The notes under the pieces were generated by a model. It saw nothing but the letters and a program-made list of their open reading frames with translations, did not search any database and was not told where the DNA came from. Made by a program: the position numbers and the translations under genes. This document shows positions 1-8,233 of a stretch of 64,000 nt of DNA, piece after piece. Source of the stretch: an uncultured Gammaproteobacteria bacterium (GTDB lineage: Bacteria > Patescibacteriota > Microgenomatia > UBA1406 > GWC2-37-13); contig CAZJWN010000001.1 of assembly GCA_964550105.1 (NCBI GenBank), positions 1,413 to 65,412 on the forward strand, in the 5' to 3' direction. Each line of letters begins with the position of its first letter. Within the stretch, counting starts at the first letter, position 1.

Positions 1-375
1 TCTTTCAAAGGTCATGTGACTGATGATGAGTTTGAGCGATTGTACAAAGGAGCTGGAGCATTTCTTTATGCATCAGTTGATGAGGACTTTGGTATGGTGC
101 CAGTAGAGGCAATGGCTCATGGCGTCCCAGTGATTGCCTATGCTTCTGGCGGTGTCAAAGAAACAGTGACCCATCTCGAGCGCGGTATACAGTACTTAGA
201 GCTTACAGCCGATGCTATGACCAAAGCCGTGAAACAATATGAGAGTCTTTCGGAAGATGATAAGTCAAGGATGATCACTAATGGATATGTATTTGCACAA
301 ATGTGTAATGAAAACACATTTATGACAAAGACTACCTCATATATAGGTTCTACCATCCATCCGAACTCTCATTGA
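1..375 (+). CDS. Glycosyltransferase family 4 (GT-B, group 1), C-terminal fragment; N-terminus lies upstream of the window
   Basis: Frame 1 is open from nt 1, so the listed GTG at 16 is internal. The translation contains EDFGMVPVEAMAHGVPVIAYASGGVKETV, the classic C-terminal group-1 glycosyltransferase signature. Confidence 0.8.
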   Translation, partial: SFKGHVTDDEFERLYKGAGAFLYASVDEDFGMVPVEAMAHGVPVIAYASGGVKETVTHLERGIQYLELTADAMTKAVKQYESLSEDDKSRMITNGYVFAQMCNENTFMTKTTSYIGSTIHPNSH

Positions 376-404
376 GCATCGTGCCCCTGATATTCTATTT
401 TGTT

Positions 405-1283
405 ATGCCTGAACTACCTGAAGTTGAAACAATTCGCAAATCACTAGAAGTCTTTTTGATTGGCAAAACGATTAGTCAGATTCGAGTATTGAAAGCTAAG
501 CAGTTCATCGGTGACCCACTCACTTTAGCGGGTTACCAGATAATGAATCTGACCCGTCACGGCAAAATCATGCACTGGCATCTAAAAACCCCTTCCACCG
601 CGACAAATGCGGTCCCCCTTCCCGATGGGAAGGATCATGCACATAATGCTTCCTTGGGGAAGCTGGCTGCGAAGCAGACTGAAGGGGTTGTAACTCGATA
701 CATCAATATCCATCTCAAGATGTCGGGTCGACTCTCTTTTATCCCAACTGAGCATACTCGTGTGACATTTGAGTTCACCGATGGTTCATATCTCTATTTC
801 AATGATCCACGGACCTTTGGCTGGGTCAAAGTCACAGACATGCCTGAGATCACTCAGGGCAAGGATATATTGTCCGCTTCGTTTACCAAAGATTATTTTA
901 TCGAGCAAGTTTCTACTCAATCGAGAGATATTAAAACAGTTCTTCTTGATCAAGACCTCGTGGCAGGTATCGGAAATATATATGCAAATGACGCGCTTTG
1001 GGAAGCTCAAATCAATCCTTTTGCAAAAGCAAAAAATATTTCACTCAAGAAACAACTCTCATTGTATAAAGCAGTCAAGCTTGTGATTGATGAAGCTGTC
1101 AAGCATGGCGGATCTTCAAAAACGTGGGTGTATCGATTGCCAAACGGTGCGAGCGGAGATTATCAAAATCATTTCCGAGTATATGATCAAGAGGGTAAAC
1201 CATGCACGCGCTGTCAAACGGTGATAAAACGCATAAGTAAAAATGGTCGAAGTAGTTTTATGTGTCCTTCCTGTCAAAAGTGA
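405..1283 (+). CDS. mutM: Formamidopyrimidine-DNA glycosylase (Fpg/MutM) carrying an internal insertion of about 35 aa
   Basis: N-terminus MPELPEVETIRKSL (catalytic Pro2/Glu3), HLKMSG motif, and a C-terminal zinc finger CTRC-x16-CPSC. ATG at 405 is preferred over the start at 372 because Fpg needs Pro at position 2. Confidence 0.9.
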   Translation: MPELPEVETIRKSLEVFLIGKTISQIRVLKAKQFIGDPLTLAGYQIMNLTRHGKIMHWHLKTPSTATNAVPLPDGKDHAHNASLGKLAAKQTEGVVTRYINIHLKMSGRLSFIPTEHTRVTFEFTDGSYLYFNDPRTFGWVKVTDMPEITQGKDILSASFTKDYFIEQVSTQSRDIKTVLLDQDLVAGIGNIYANDALWEAQINPFAKAKNISLKKQLSLYKAVKLVIDEAVKHGGSSKTWVYRLPNGASGDYQNHFRVYDQEGKPCTRCQTVIKRISKNGRSSFMCPSCQK

Positions 1284-1287
1284 CACT

Positions 1288-1348
1288 CCTCGACCCTTGT
1301 GTCGAGGTACTCGAGTGTCATCCCGGGCTTGACCCGGGATCTATTTTT
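1288..1348. terminator. Bidirectional terminator region between convergent fpg and the ABC permease gene
   Basis: Hairpin CCTCGAC-N6-GTCGAGG (1288-1307), then hairpin ATCCCGGG-CTTGA-CCCGGGAT (1320-1340), followed by CTATTTTT. Confidence 0.7.
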
Positions 1349-1360
1349 AACTTATGAAGT

Positions 1361-2572
1361 CTACTCGTACCGTATAGCTTCGATGGGCGACAAAAGCGAT
1401 GCCTTTCGGGCAGGAAAGACACCAAAGATGATGCCTATGAGTGATGATACCCCCAGTGCCAATGCGACTGACTGGAAGTTGATATATGCGGGAAAGAACT
1501 GTTGTACACCAGCGACTACCAAAAATGCGAGTCCAATCCCCAACATGCCACCAAATACCGAGAGAGTCACAGCTTCGATCAAAAACTGCCACAATATATC
1601 TGCTCTTCTTGCTCCGAGTGCACGTCTGACGCCAATTTCTTTGATACGCTCAGAGACTGAGACGTACATGATGTTCATGATGCCAACACCTCCGACTACG
1701 AGTGAGATAGCGGCGATACCAGTGAGCACCGAGCTGAGGATGCCAAATATACTTGTCACTGCACCCTGTATCTGTGAGAGCTCAACTATCGAGAAGTCGT
1801 CTTTCTTGTAGTCTCGCTCAAGTGCCTGGGATATGGCAACCTTGGCTGCTTCGAGTTTGGTGGGGTCACGCACTACCAACACACCAGCAGAAAACTTTTT
1901 ATCTGCGTTGTACACGAACCCGGTCCTAAAGGGAATGTTGATATTGTTATCATAGTCTGGACCACCAAAGCCTGCTGAGCCTACCTTTTTCAGGGTTCCG
2001 ATGACGGTGAATGTCTGTTGCTCGATTTTGATCTTCTTCCCTAAGGCATTGTCAGACTCATCAAATATCTTGCGAGCGATTTCATATCCGAGTACCGCAA
2101 CTTTTGCTCTCCGTTGGTCATCTTGCGGAGTGAACAACCTCCCTTTATCAACGATAAAATTTCTGACTATAAATACATCTGCCGTGGACATGACCACATC
2201 CACTGGTTCACTTCTTCCATTTGCAGATACTGTAGTTGCGCGTTGTACCGAAGGTATGGCATATTTGAGTTCTTTGACACGCTTCAGATTTTCTATATCT
2301 TTCTCGGTGAACCGAGTCACAGCTTGATTTGCGCCTCCCCCACCTCTAAATCTGCCATTCGCAAGTACTTGACCAGGAAAAAGTATGAGCTGTCCTGAGC
2401 CAAGTGACTCAAACTGGTCATTGATGGATTTCTTCAGTCCCAAACCAAATGCGATGATTAGAACAACAGAAAGAACACCGATTAGAATACCCAATGAAGT
2501 GAGAAGTGTGCGAACCTTATTTCGACTAAAGTCCTCTAAGCCCGAGACAAATATGGTGAAAAGGTAATACAT
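1361..2572 (-). CDS. ABC transporter permease, MacB/FtsX type (N-terminal TM, large extracytoplasmic domain, C-terminal FtsX-like 3-TM bundle)
   Basis: 403 aa. N-terminus ...NKVRTLLTSLGILIGVLSVV, a soluble domain of about 200 aa, and C-terminal TM helices containing ERIKEIGVRRALGARR. Lies directly downstream of the ATPase. Confidence 0.85.
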   Translation of the reverse strand: MYYLFTIFVSGLEDFSRNKVRTLLTSLGILIGVLSVVLIIAFGLGLKKSINDQFESLGSGQLILFPGQVLANGRFRGGGGANQAVTRFTEKDIENLKRVKELKYAIPSVQRATTVSANGRSEPVDVVMSTADVFIVRNFIVDKGRLFTPQDDQRRAKVAVLGYEIARKIFDESDNALGKKIKIEQQTFTVIGTLKKVGSAGFGGPDYDNNINIPFRTGFVYNADKKFSAGVLVVRDPTKLEAAKVAISQALERDYKKDDFSIVELSQIQGAVTSIFGILSSVLTGIAAISLVVGGVGIMNIMYVSVSERIKEIGVRRALGARRADILWQFLIEAVTLSVFGGMLGIGLAFLVVAGVQQFFPAYINFQSVALALGVSSLIGIIFGVFPARKASLLSPIEAIRYE

Positions 2573-2575
2573 AGT

Positions 2576-3250
2576 TTATGATTCGATGATTTGTCCATCT
2601 TTCATCTTGATTTGACGTTTTGCTTTTGCTGCAATGTCTGCTTCATGGGTCACAATCAGTATGGTGATTTTGTCTTGGATATTGAGCTCTTTGAAAAGTT
2701 TCATGATTTCTTCACCTGTTTTTGTATCGAGATTTCCCGTCGGTTCGTCAGCAAGGATAAAGTCTGGTTTCATGATGAGCGCACGTGCTATCGCAACACG
2801 CTGTTGTTGACCTCCCGAAATCTTGTTCGGATACGATTTTGCTTTTTCTATCAACCCAAACCGTTCAAGCAAGTACATGCCGTATTCACGTGGGTTGTAA
2901 CTGAGTTTTTTTCGAGTATATAGCGTAGGGACCAATACATTTTCAAGTATGGTAAGTTTGTTGATGAGATTGAATTGTTGAAAAACGAAACCAATATATT
3001 CGTTGCGCAATCGTGATAGCTCATTGTCAGAAAGATTCTCCGCTTCCCTGTCTCCAATCATCACCTTTCCCCTCGTAGGCTTATCAAGCAGTCCAAGTAT
3101 TTGCATACACGTTGATTTGCCACACCCAGATGGGCCAGTAATAGCTACAAACTCACCTGAATCAACTTGCAAAGAGATTCCTTTGAGCGCAATAAATTTT
3201 TCCTCGGCATTGATTTGATATTCTTTCCAAATATCCTGAAGTTCGATCAT
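2576..3250 (-). CDS. ABC transporter ATP-binding protein (MacB/LolD-like)
   Basis: Walker A GPSGCGKST, signature LSGGQQQRVAIARAL, Walker B ILADEPTGNLD, H-loop VTHE. Confidence 0.93.
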   Translation of the reverse strand: MIELQDIWKEYQINAEEKFIALKGISLQVDSGEFVAITGPSGCGKSTCMQILGLLDKPTRGKVMIGDREAENLSDNELSRLRNEYIGFVFQQFNLINKLTILENVLVPTLYTRKKLSYNPREYGMYLLERFGLIEKAKSYPNKISGGQQQRVAIARALIMKPDFILADEPTGNLDTKTGEEIMKLFKELNIQDKITILIVTHEADIAAKAKRQIKMKDGQIIES

Positions 3251-3292
3251 GATGGATACAACTTAATTACAGTTAACTGTCAGTACCTGAAG

Positions 3293-3373
3293 GATCATAT
3301 ATACAAATTTTTTCTGAATCTCTGTTTGAGCGTTAGCGAGTTAGATGAAGCAAAATAATTTGTATATATGATC
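3293..3373. repeat. Perfect 17-bp inverted repeat (GATCATATATACAAATT / AATTTGTATATATGATC) separated by 47 nt
   Basis: Arms at 3293-3309 and 3357-3373. After one mismatch the stem extends by 3 more A-T pairs. Located in the 256-bp gap between the adaptor and ATPase genes. Confidence 0.9.
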
Positions 3374-3455
3374 TGTGATTTCCTTGTACTTACATCTGTA
3401 TAGATGATGCATGTGTATTACATTAATATATATTTACTTTCTACTTATGTTCTTT

Positions 3456-3495
3456 GGATCCCGTGTCTCGCTCACGCGTATGCACGGGATGACTC
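3456..3495 (-). repeat. GC-rich hairpin element (REP-like), related to the hairpin at 1313-1342
   Basis: Minus strand reads GAGTCATCCCGTG-N17-CACGGGATCC (8-bp stem 3458-3465 / 3483-3490), immediately after the adaptor gene stop. Compare GAGTGTCATCCCGGG-CTTGA-CCCGGGATCT at 1313-1342. Confidence 0.75.
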
Positions 3496-3506
3496 ACTGA
3501 CGTTCG

Positions 3507-4532
3507 TCATTTCGTCTCGACGATGACGTCGCCCACTTTGAGTCCTGATCTGATTTCTATATCTGAGTCGCCTTCTTCACCGATTTTAACTTCAACTTTT
3601 ATTTTTTTTCCATCAGACACTTTTGTCACATATTTTTTGCCACCTTCTGTTTTCACGTATTGAGTGGGGATAGCGATGATGTTGCTTTTTTGGCGAGTAG
3701 TGAACTCGACGTCACCTGTCATCCCGATGCGGTATTTTAGATTGTTGTTTTCAGACGCAAATACCATCTTGATCTCATACACTGTGCCAGACTCGCCGGT
3801 TTTGGGTGTGAAGGCGATAGATTTCACAGTCGCTCGTATCTGTTCTTCTGGGTATGGATCGAGTATCACCTGCGCAGTCTGACCTACCGTGAGCTTTGGT
3901 ACCTCGGTTTGATCGGCAGTTGCTGCAAAATATATCGTAGAGGGGTTGATGATCTCAAAGGTGTTCGTTGGGGTGACGATGATCCCGGGCTGGGTCACCG
4001 CCATGCGGGTCACCACTCCTTCGATTGGTGTGCTCAAATATGCATACTCTCGTGCTAGCGTCTGGAGCTCGACATTGATCACGGAGTTGTTCAGCCCAAA
4101 TTGCGCCTTGTCGATGATGCGTTTCATCCGATCACCTACGTCACCATCGCGATACGGAGCATCTTTGTTGTCTTGCCTCGTCTGATCAAAGTCCCATCGG
4201 GTGATCATGTACGTATTTAGCTGACTTTCAAGACTTTTTTGCAACTCTCGCTGATCAAGACTTGCGATGCCCTGTCCCTTTTGGACATAGTCCCCCTCCT
4301 TCGCGCCAAGCCAGACGAGACGACCTCCTGACTTGAAGGCGAGCGTCACTTTCTCATCTGCATCAATCTTGCCGGATAACGTGAGCGTGTCACGGAGAGT
4401 AGTTTTCTGTACCGTAAATGGGGTCTCTCCCTCAACGGGTGTAGACGCATTCGCGATATTGGTCTTGTAGTAACGATATCCCACAAACCCAAAGATACCA
4501 AGCACAAAAAGTGTGATGATGATTTTTTTCAT
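3507..4532 (-). CDS. Efflux transporter periplasmic adaptor subunit (HlyD/MacA family)
   Basis: N-terminal TM anchor MKKIIITLFVLGIFGFVGY, then biotinyl-lipoyl-like, coiled-coil and beta-barrel segments (LSGKIDADEKVTLAFKSGGRL..., IEGVVTRMAV, GMTGDVEF). Start moved to the ATG at 4532; the longest ORF starts at 4586. Confidence 0.85.
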   Translation of the reverse strand: MKKIIITLFVLGIFGFVGYRYYKTNIANASTPVEGETPFTVQKTTLRDTLTLSGKIDADEKVTLAFKSGGRLVWLGAKEGDYVQKGQGIASLDQRELQKSLESQLNTYMITRWDFDQTRQDNKDAPYRDGDVGDRMKRIIDKAQFGLNNSVINVELQTLAREYAYLSTPIEGVVTRMAVTQPGIIVTPTNTFEIINPSTIYFAATADQTEVPKLTVGQTAQVILDPYPEEQIRATVKSIAFTPKTGESGTVYEIKMVFASENNNLKYRIGMTGDVEFTTRQKSNIIAIPTQYVKTEGGKKYVTKVSDGKKIKVEVKIGEEGDSDIEIRSGLKVGDVIVETK

Positions 4533-4561
4533 AGGAATGACGCTATAATTGAGTTTACAGT

Positions 4562-5785
4562 ATGAACCGCCTCTCGTCCAGCACAAAACAGTATCTTGTC
4601 GTCATCTGTATAACGATTGTTTCTGTTCTGATTGTTTATACACCTTTTGTCCTGCACCTCAAAGAGGTGTATTTTCTAGACCTCAAAGACTCGGGGATGC
4701 AGCAAATCTACAAAAACTGGGATGGCCCAAACTATGTACTCAACGCAATCACTCAGTATGATCCGGAGGAGATAGGAAAGAGAGCTTTTTTGGAACGGCC
4801 AAACGAGTACTACGCAGCACATTTTCCACTCTATAGTTGGCTTATCGCTCCCTTGGGTCAAATACTCGGATATTTTCCCGCAGCCCTCGTGGTGAATCTA
4901 CTCAGCAATGTTCTATTGAATATTGTGTTTTTCAACTGGATAAAGCGATATTCGAAACATCCGCTGTGGCTCACTTTTGTACTTACGATTTTTCCACCTC
5001 GGTATTGGATCGTCCGAACTGTCATCTCGCCAGAGATGTTACTGGGCGCATTGATCCTCACCGCATTGTGGAAATGGGAGCGTGGCTACTATTTACGCGC
5101 TGGCATACTCGCCTTACTCGCGGTCACTGCGAAGTTCCAAGCCGTCGTATTGATGCCTGTTTTTGCGACGACTTCACTCGTGCAAAGCCTTCCCTCGCTG
5201 TGTGCAGCTACGTGTGATTGGCGTGCGCAGTTTCATACACGTTTTAGGACCAGTATGCTCATAGCCATCATTGCTCCTCTCATTGGATACGTACTGGTTG
5301 CGAGCTTCTATCAATCAACTCTCGGGGACTTCAACGCATATTTTCGAGCACAGGCAACGGTAGGTATGGGTGCATCATATCCGTTTGCCATGTTTAACTA
5401 CGCAGCGAGATGGATACAGACTGGATGGCTCGAGCATACCGCGCTTTATTTCATAGGTATGTTTGTACTGATTGGGAAACTATGGACTCTGACAGTGGGA
5501 CGGAAAATCATCGGTCAATCACCCAGGGGCAAGGATATGGTACATCCGATATATCTTGTCTTTGCGATTTGCTACACAGCCCTCCTGTCTCTCATCCCCC
5601 AAGTTGATATCATGAGACTTGCCATGCCTCTCGCACCGATTTTCATCATGGCTTTTCATGATTTCTTTGAGTCCAAACCATTTCGTATAGGACTCATCCT
5701 CTCGCTCCCGATGCTGTATCTGTATGTGCTAAACTTCATCATGACCAATCAAGCCCCTATCAGTGACTGGGCTCTCTTCAGATAA
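4562..5785 (+). CDS. Polytopic membrane protein, GT-C-like (PIG-V/GT76-like mannosyltransferase motif)
   Basis: 407 aa, multi-TM. The first loop carries YKNWDGPNYVLNAITQYD, resembling the WDxxxY...GY motif of PIG-V-type GT-C enzymes. The family call is tentative. Confidence 0.6.
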   Translation: MNRLSSSTKQYLVVICITIVSVLIVYTPFVLHLKEVYFLDLKDSGMQQIYKNWDGPNYVLNAITQYDPEEIGKRAFLERPNEYYAAHFPLYSWLIAPLGQILGYFPAALVVNLLSNVLLNIVFFNWIKRYSKHPLWLTFVLTIFPPRYWIVRTVISPEMLLGALILTALWKWERGYYLRAGILALLAVTAKFQAVVLMPVFATTSLVQSLPSLCAATCDWRAQFHTRFRTSMLIAIIAPLIGYVLVASFYQSTLGDFNAYFRAQATVGMGASYPFAMFNYAARWIQTGWLEHTALYFIGMFVLIGKLWTLTVGRKIIGQSPRGKDMVHPIYLVFAICYTALLSLIPQVDIMRLAMPLAPIFIMAFHDFFESKPFRIGLILSLPMLYLYVLNFIMTNQAPISDWALFR

Positions 5786-5794
5786 TAAAAACCT

Positions 5795-7360
5795 ATGAAA
5801 AAAAAGTATTTCTTTTGGGGTTTTATACTTTTGCTACTCGTGGGCACCTTCTTTCTGCGCATCTATCGTATTCCCGAATATCTCACATTCTTATCAGACC
5901 AGGGTCGTGACGCAATCATCCTCAAACGCATAGTGACCCTTGAAAAGTTGGTTTTTGTTGGTCCTACCACCTCTATAGGCAATGTGTTTACTGGTCCATT
6001 TTTCTATTACCTGATGGCTCCATTTATGCTTTTGTGGAGACTTGATCCAGCAGGTCCTGCGTACGGCATAGCTATCATCAATACCATAGGACTATTTCTC
6101 ACCTTTATATTCGTATATAAAAATTTTGGTAAGGTCGTGTCGCTCATATTTTTTGTGCTGGCGGGCTTTTCAATGAATCAGATTTTGCAATCACGCTTTA
6201 GCTGGAATCCAAACCCGGTGAGCGTGTTTAGTTTTATCATACTTATTTGTTGGTACTACTCGATAAAGAGTGGGAAACTAAAATGGTTTATCGCAACAGG
6301 ACTGGTGATGGGTTTCTGCCTCCAGTTACACTATGTTAGTGTACTTCTTTTGCTTCCCATAGGTTTACTTACGATCTGGCATATCCTGAGAATCTATATT
6401 TTAAAAACTAAGCAGACTGGCAATGGGCTAGTGATGTACGTACGCAATATTTTGATCGGTATATTTGCTGGGATCCTTTCGTTCCTACCTCTCATCTTGT
6501 TTGATGTAAAGAATAATTTCATCAATCTTCAGACGCTCTTGCGGGCCTCCTCAACTGGCGAAATCCAAGCAAAGAACATCGCCTACCTTGACCGATTCAA
6601 TGACACTATCAGAAGTTTGTGGACAAATGGATTCGAATTTGATTGGAACACAGAAGTCTCGCTCATCGCGCTCTGTGGCTTGTCACTAGCGGCATTTACT
6701 TTTGCCCGAATGAGATTGACAGGTGCAAAAAGAATGTTTGTGTATGCCTGTGTCATCACGGTGTGTGCATTCGTTCCCTTGTTTGCACTACTTGAGACTG
6801 GTCGTCATGTGCACTACTACAATCATCTCTATCTCGCCTTATACTTTCTAGTTAGTCTCGTGATGGCATGGGGTATCCATCAAATCACATCAAAACTAGT
6901 GTCCCTTGGCATACCGCGGCTTGCGGCGAACCTACTGCTCGTGGGTGTTTTGGTTTTCTGCTTGACCGCGTATGTAGTATCGAACTCATCAAAACTGACT
7001 TACCTGACTGAGCCGCATAGACCGTATACTCAGTTGGGCGATGCACAAGCTGTAGCGAAATATATCATCGATCAGGGGCCCGCTGCGGAGTACCAAGTAG
7101 TAGGATTGCCGTATTATGAGACTGAGGGTCACTTCAGATACTATCTTGAGTATTATGGCAAAAGACCAATGCCCGCTGATGCACTTGGCGATCCAACCGA
7201 AATCTATGTGATCTGTCATGAAGAAACGATAAAGGCATGCCAAATAGCCGGAAACCCTCAATGGCAGCTGGCTGATTTTCAAAATAGACACCAATCATGG
7301 AAACAGGTATCGCAAAAGCGAGTGACAAATGTTTGGATTGTAAAAATAGTGCATGAGTAA
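5795..7360 (+). CDS. Polytopic GT-C-like glycosyltransferase (family A: DxxRD ... GP motif)
   Basis: 521 aa, at least 10 predicted TM segments plus a C-terminal soluble domain. The N-terminal loop LSDQGRDAIILKRI...VGPTTSIGNVFTGPFFYY is shared with the ORFs at 8234 and 29045. Confidence 0.65.
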   Translation: MKKKYFFWGFILLLLVGTFFLRIYRIPEYLTFLSDQGRDAIILKRIVTLEKLVFVGPTTSIGNVFTGPFFYYLMAPFMLLWRLDPAGPAYGIAIINTIGLFLTFIFVYKNFGKVVSLIFFVLAGFSMNQILQSRFSWNPNPVSVFSFIILICWYYSIKSGKLKWFIATGLVMGFCLQLHYVSVLLLLPIGLLTIWHILRIYILKTKQTGNGLVMYVRNILIGIFAGILSFLPLILFDVKNNFINLQTLLRASSTGEIQAKNIAYLDRFNDTIRSLWTNGFEFDWNTEVSLIALCGLSLAAFTFARMRLTGAKRMFVYACVITVCAFVPLFALLETGRHVHYYNHLYLALYFLVSLVMAWGIHQITSKLVSLGIPRLAANLLLVGVLVFCLTAYVVSNSSKLTYLTEPHRPYTQLGDAQAVAKYIIDQGPAAEYQVVGLPYYETEGHFRYYLEYYGKRPMPADALGDPTEIYVICHEETIKACQIAGNPQWQLADFQNRHQSWKQVSQKRVTNVWIVKIVHE

Positions 7361-7447
7361 ATGGTAACTCGATTTTCTATACATGAAGATATACAATACA
7401 AAAACCATCCACCATCCTTATCATATTCGGTTATTCACCGTACTCAC

Positions 7448-8212
7448 ATGAACTCAATTTCTCTAATCATCCCTTGCTACAACGAGGTTTCCAACTTCCA
7501 AAAGGGAGTGCTTGATAAGATTGGTAACTATGTCCGTGATGATGAGCGGTTTATCGAGGTCCTCATCGTAGATGATGGATCTACTGACGAATCTCGAGAC
7601 GTGATCACAAGTAAATATCTCAAGCAATTCCCCAAATTTCGACTCGTCTGTTGCTCCCATCGAGGAAAAGCACCAACGGTCATCTCAGGCATACAAGAAG
7701 CAAAGGGCAAATATGTATTCTTTACAGATGCTGACCTTGCAACACCTATAGAGGAGGTCGAAAAACTTATCGAAGTGCAGAAGTCGACTGGTACACCACT
7801 AGTCATCGGGTCTCGAGGGGCTGTCCGCCCTGATGCGCCGATCACTCGCAAGATCATGGCGCTAGGTATGATCATGGTCCGCACACTTATCGTCGGGTTG
7901 CCCGGCATCAAAGATACCCAGTGTGGATTCAAGTTGTTTGATCGAACTGTCGCACTCTCAGTCATCGATAAACTGGTAGTTTTCAAGCGAAAGACAGTCG
8001 GTCGACAGGCGTCAGTGTCTGCCATATTCGATCTTGAATTCCTCTTTATCGCAAATCGTTTGAGGTATAAGATCGTTGAGGTACCGGTATTTTGGCGGCA
8101 TGTTGAGACTCGTCGCGTGAGCTTTTTCAAAGATGTATATGAGTCATTGACTGATATGGCCCGACTGAAATGGTATGAGATGAAAGGGAGATATCAAATA
8201 ACGAACAAATAG
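7448..8212 (+). CDS. GT2 polyprenyl-phosphate hexosyltransferase (Alg5/Dpm1/GtrB-like lipid-sugar donor synthase)
   Basis: SLIIPCYNE, VDDGSTDES, FTDADL, DTQCGFKLF, FDLEFLF...VEVPVFW. No C-terminal TM segments. ATG at 7448 is preferred; the ORF is open from 7361. Confidence 0.85.
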   Translation: MNSISLIIPCYNEVSNFQKGVLDKIGNYVRDDERFIEVLIVDDGSTDESRDVITSKYLKQFPKFRLVCCSHRGKAPTVISGIQEAKGKYVFFTDADLATPIEEVEKLIEVQKSTGTPLVIGSRGAVRPDAPITRKIMALGMIMVRTLIVGLPGIKDTQCGFKLFDRTVALSVIDKLVVFKRKTVGRQASVSAIFDLEFLFIANRLRYKIVEVPVFWRHVETRRVSFFKDVYESLTDMARLKWYEMKGRYQITNK

Positions 8213-8233
8213 CATGATTCCATTTATTGCACT

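Noticed and set aside
3293-3373. The 81-bp inverted-repeat unit interpreted as a bona fide MITE or mobile element.
   Set aside because: No target-site duplication flanks it (left ...CTGAAG, right TGTGAT...). I saw no second copy in the window and no transposase is present. It is kept as an unexplained repeat rather than called mobile.
1361-4532. The MacAB-like pump as a dedicated exporter for the adjacent glycan locus, by analogy with DevBCA-type glycolipid export.
   Set aside because: The only evidence is adjacency. The pump is divergently transcribed from the locus, and this family has many unrelated substrates. There is not enough support to report it as a finding.
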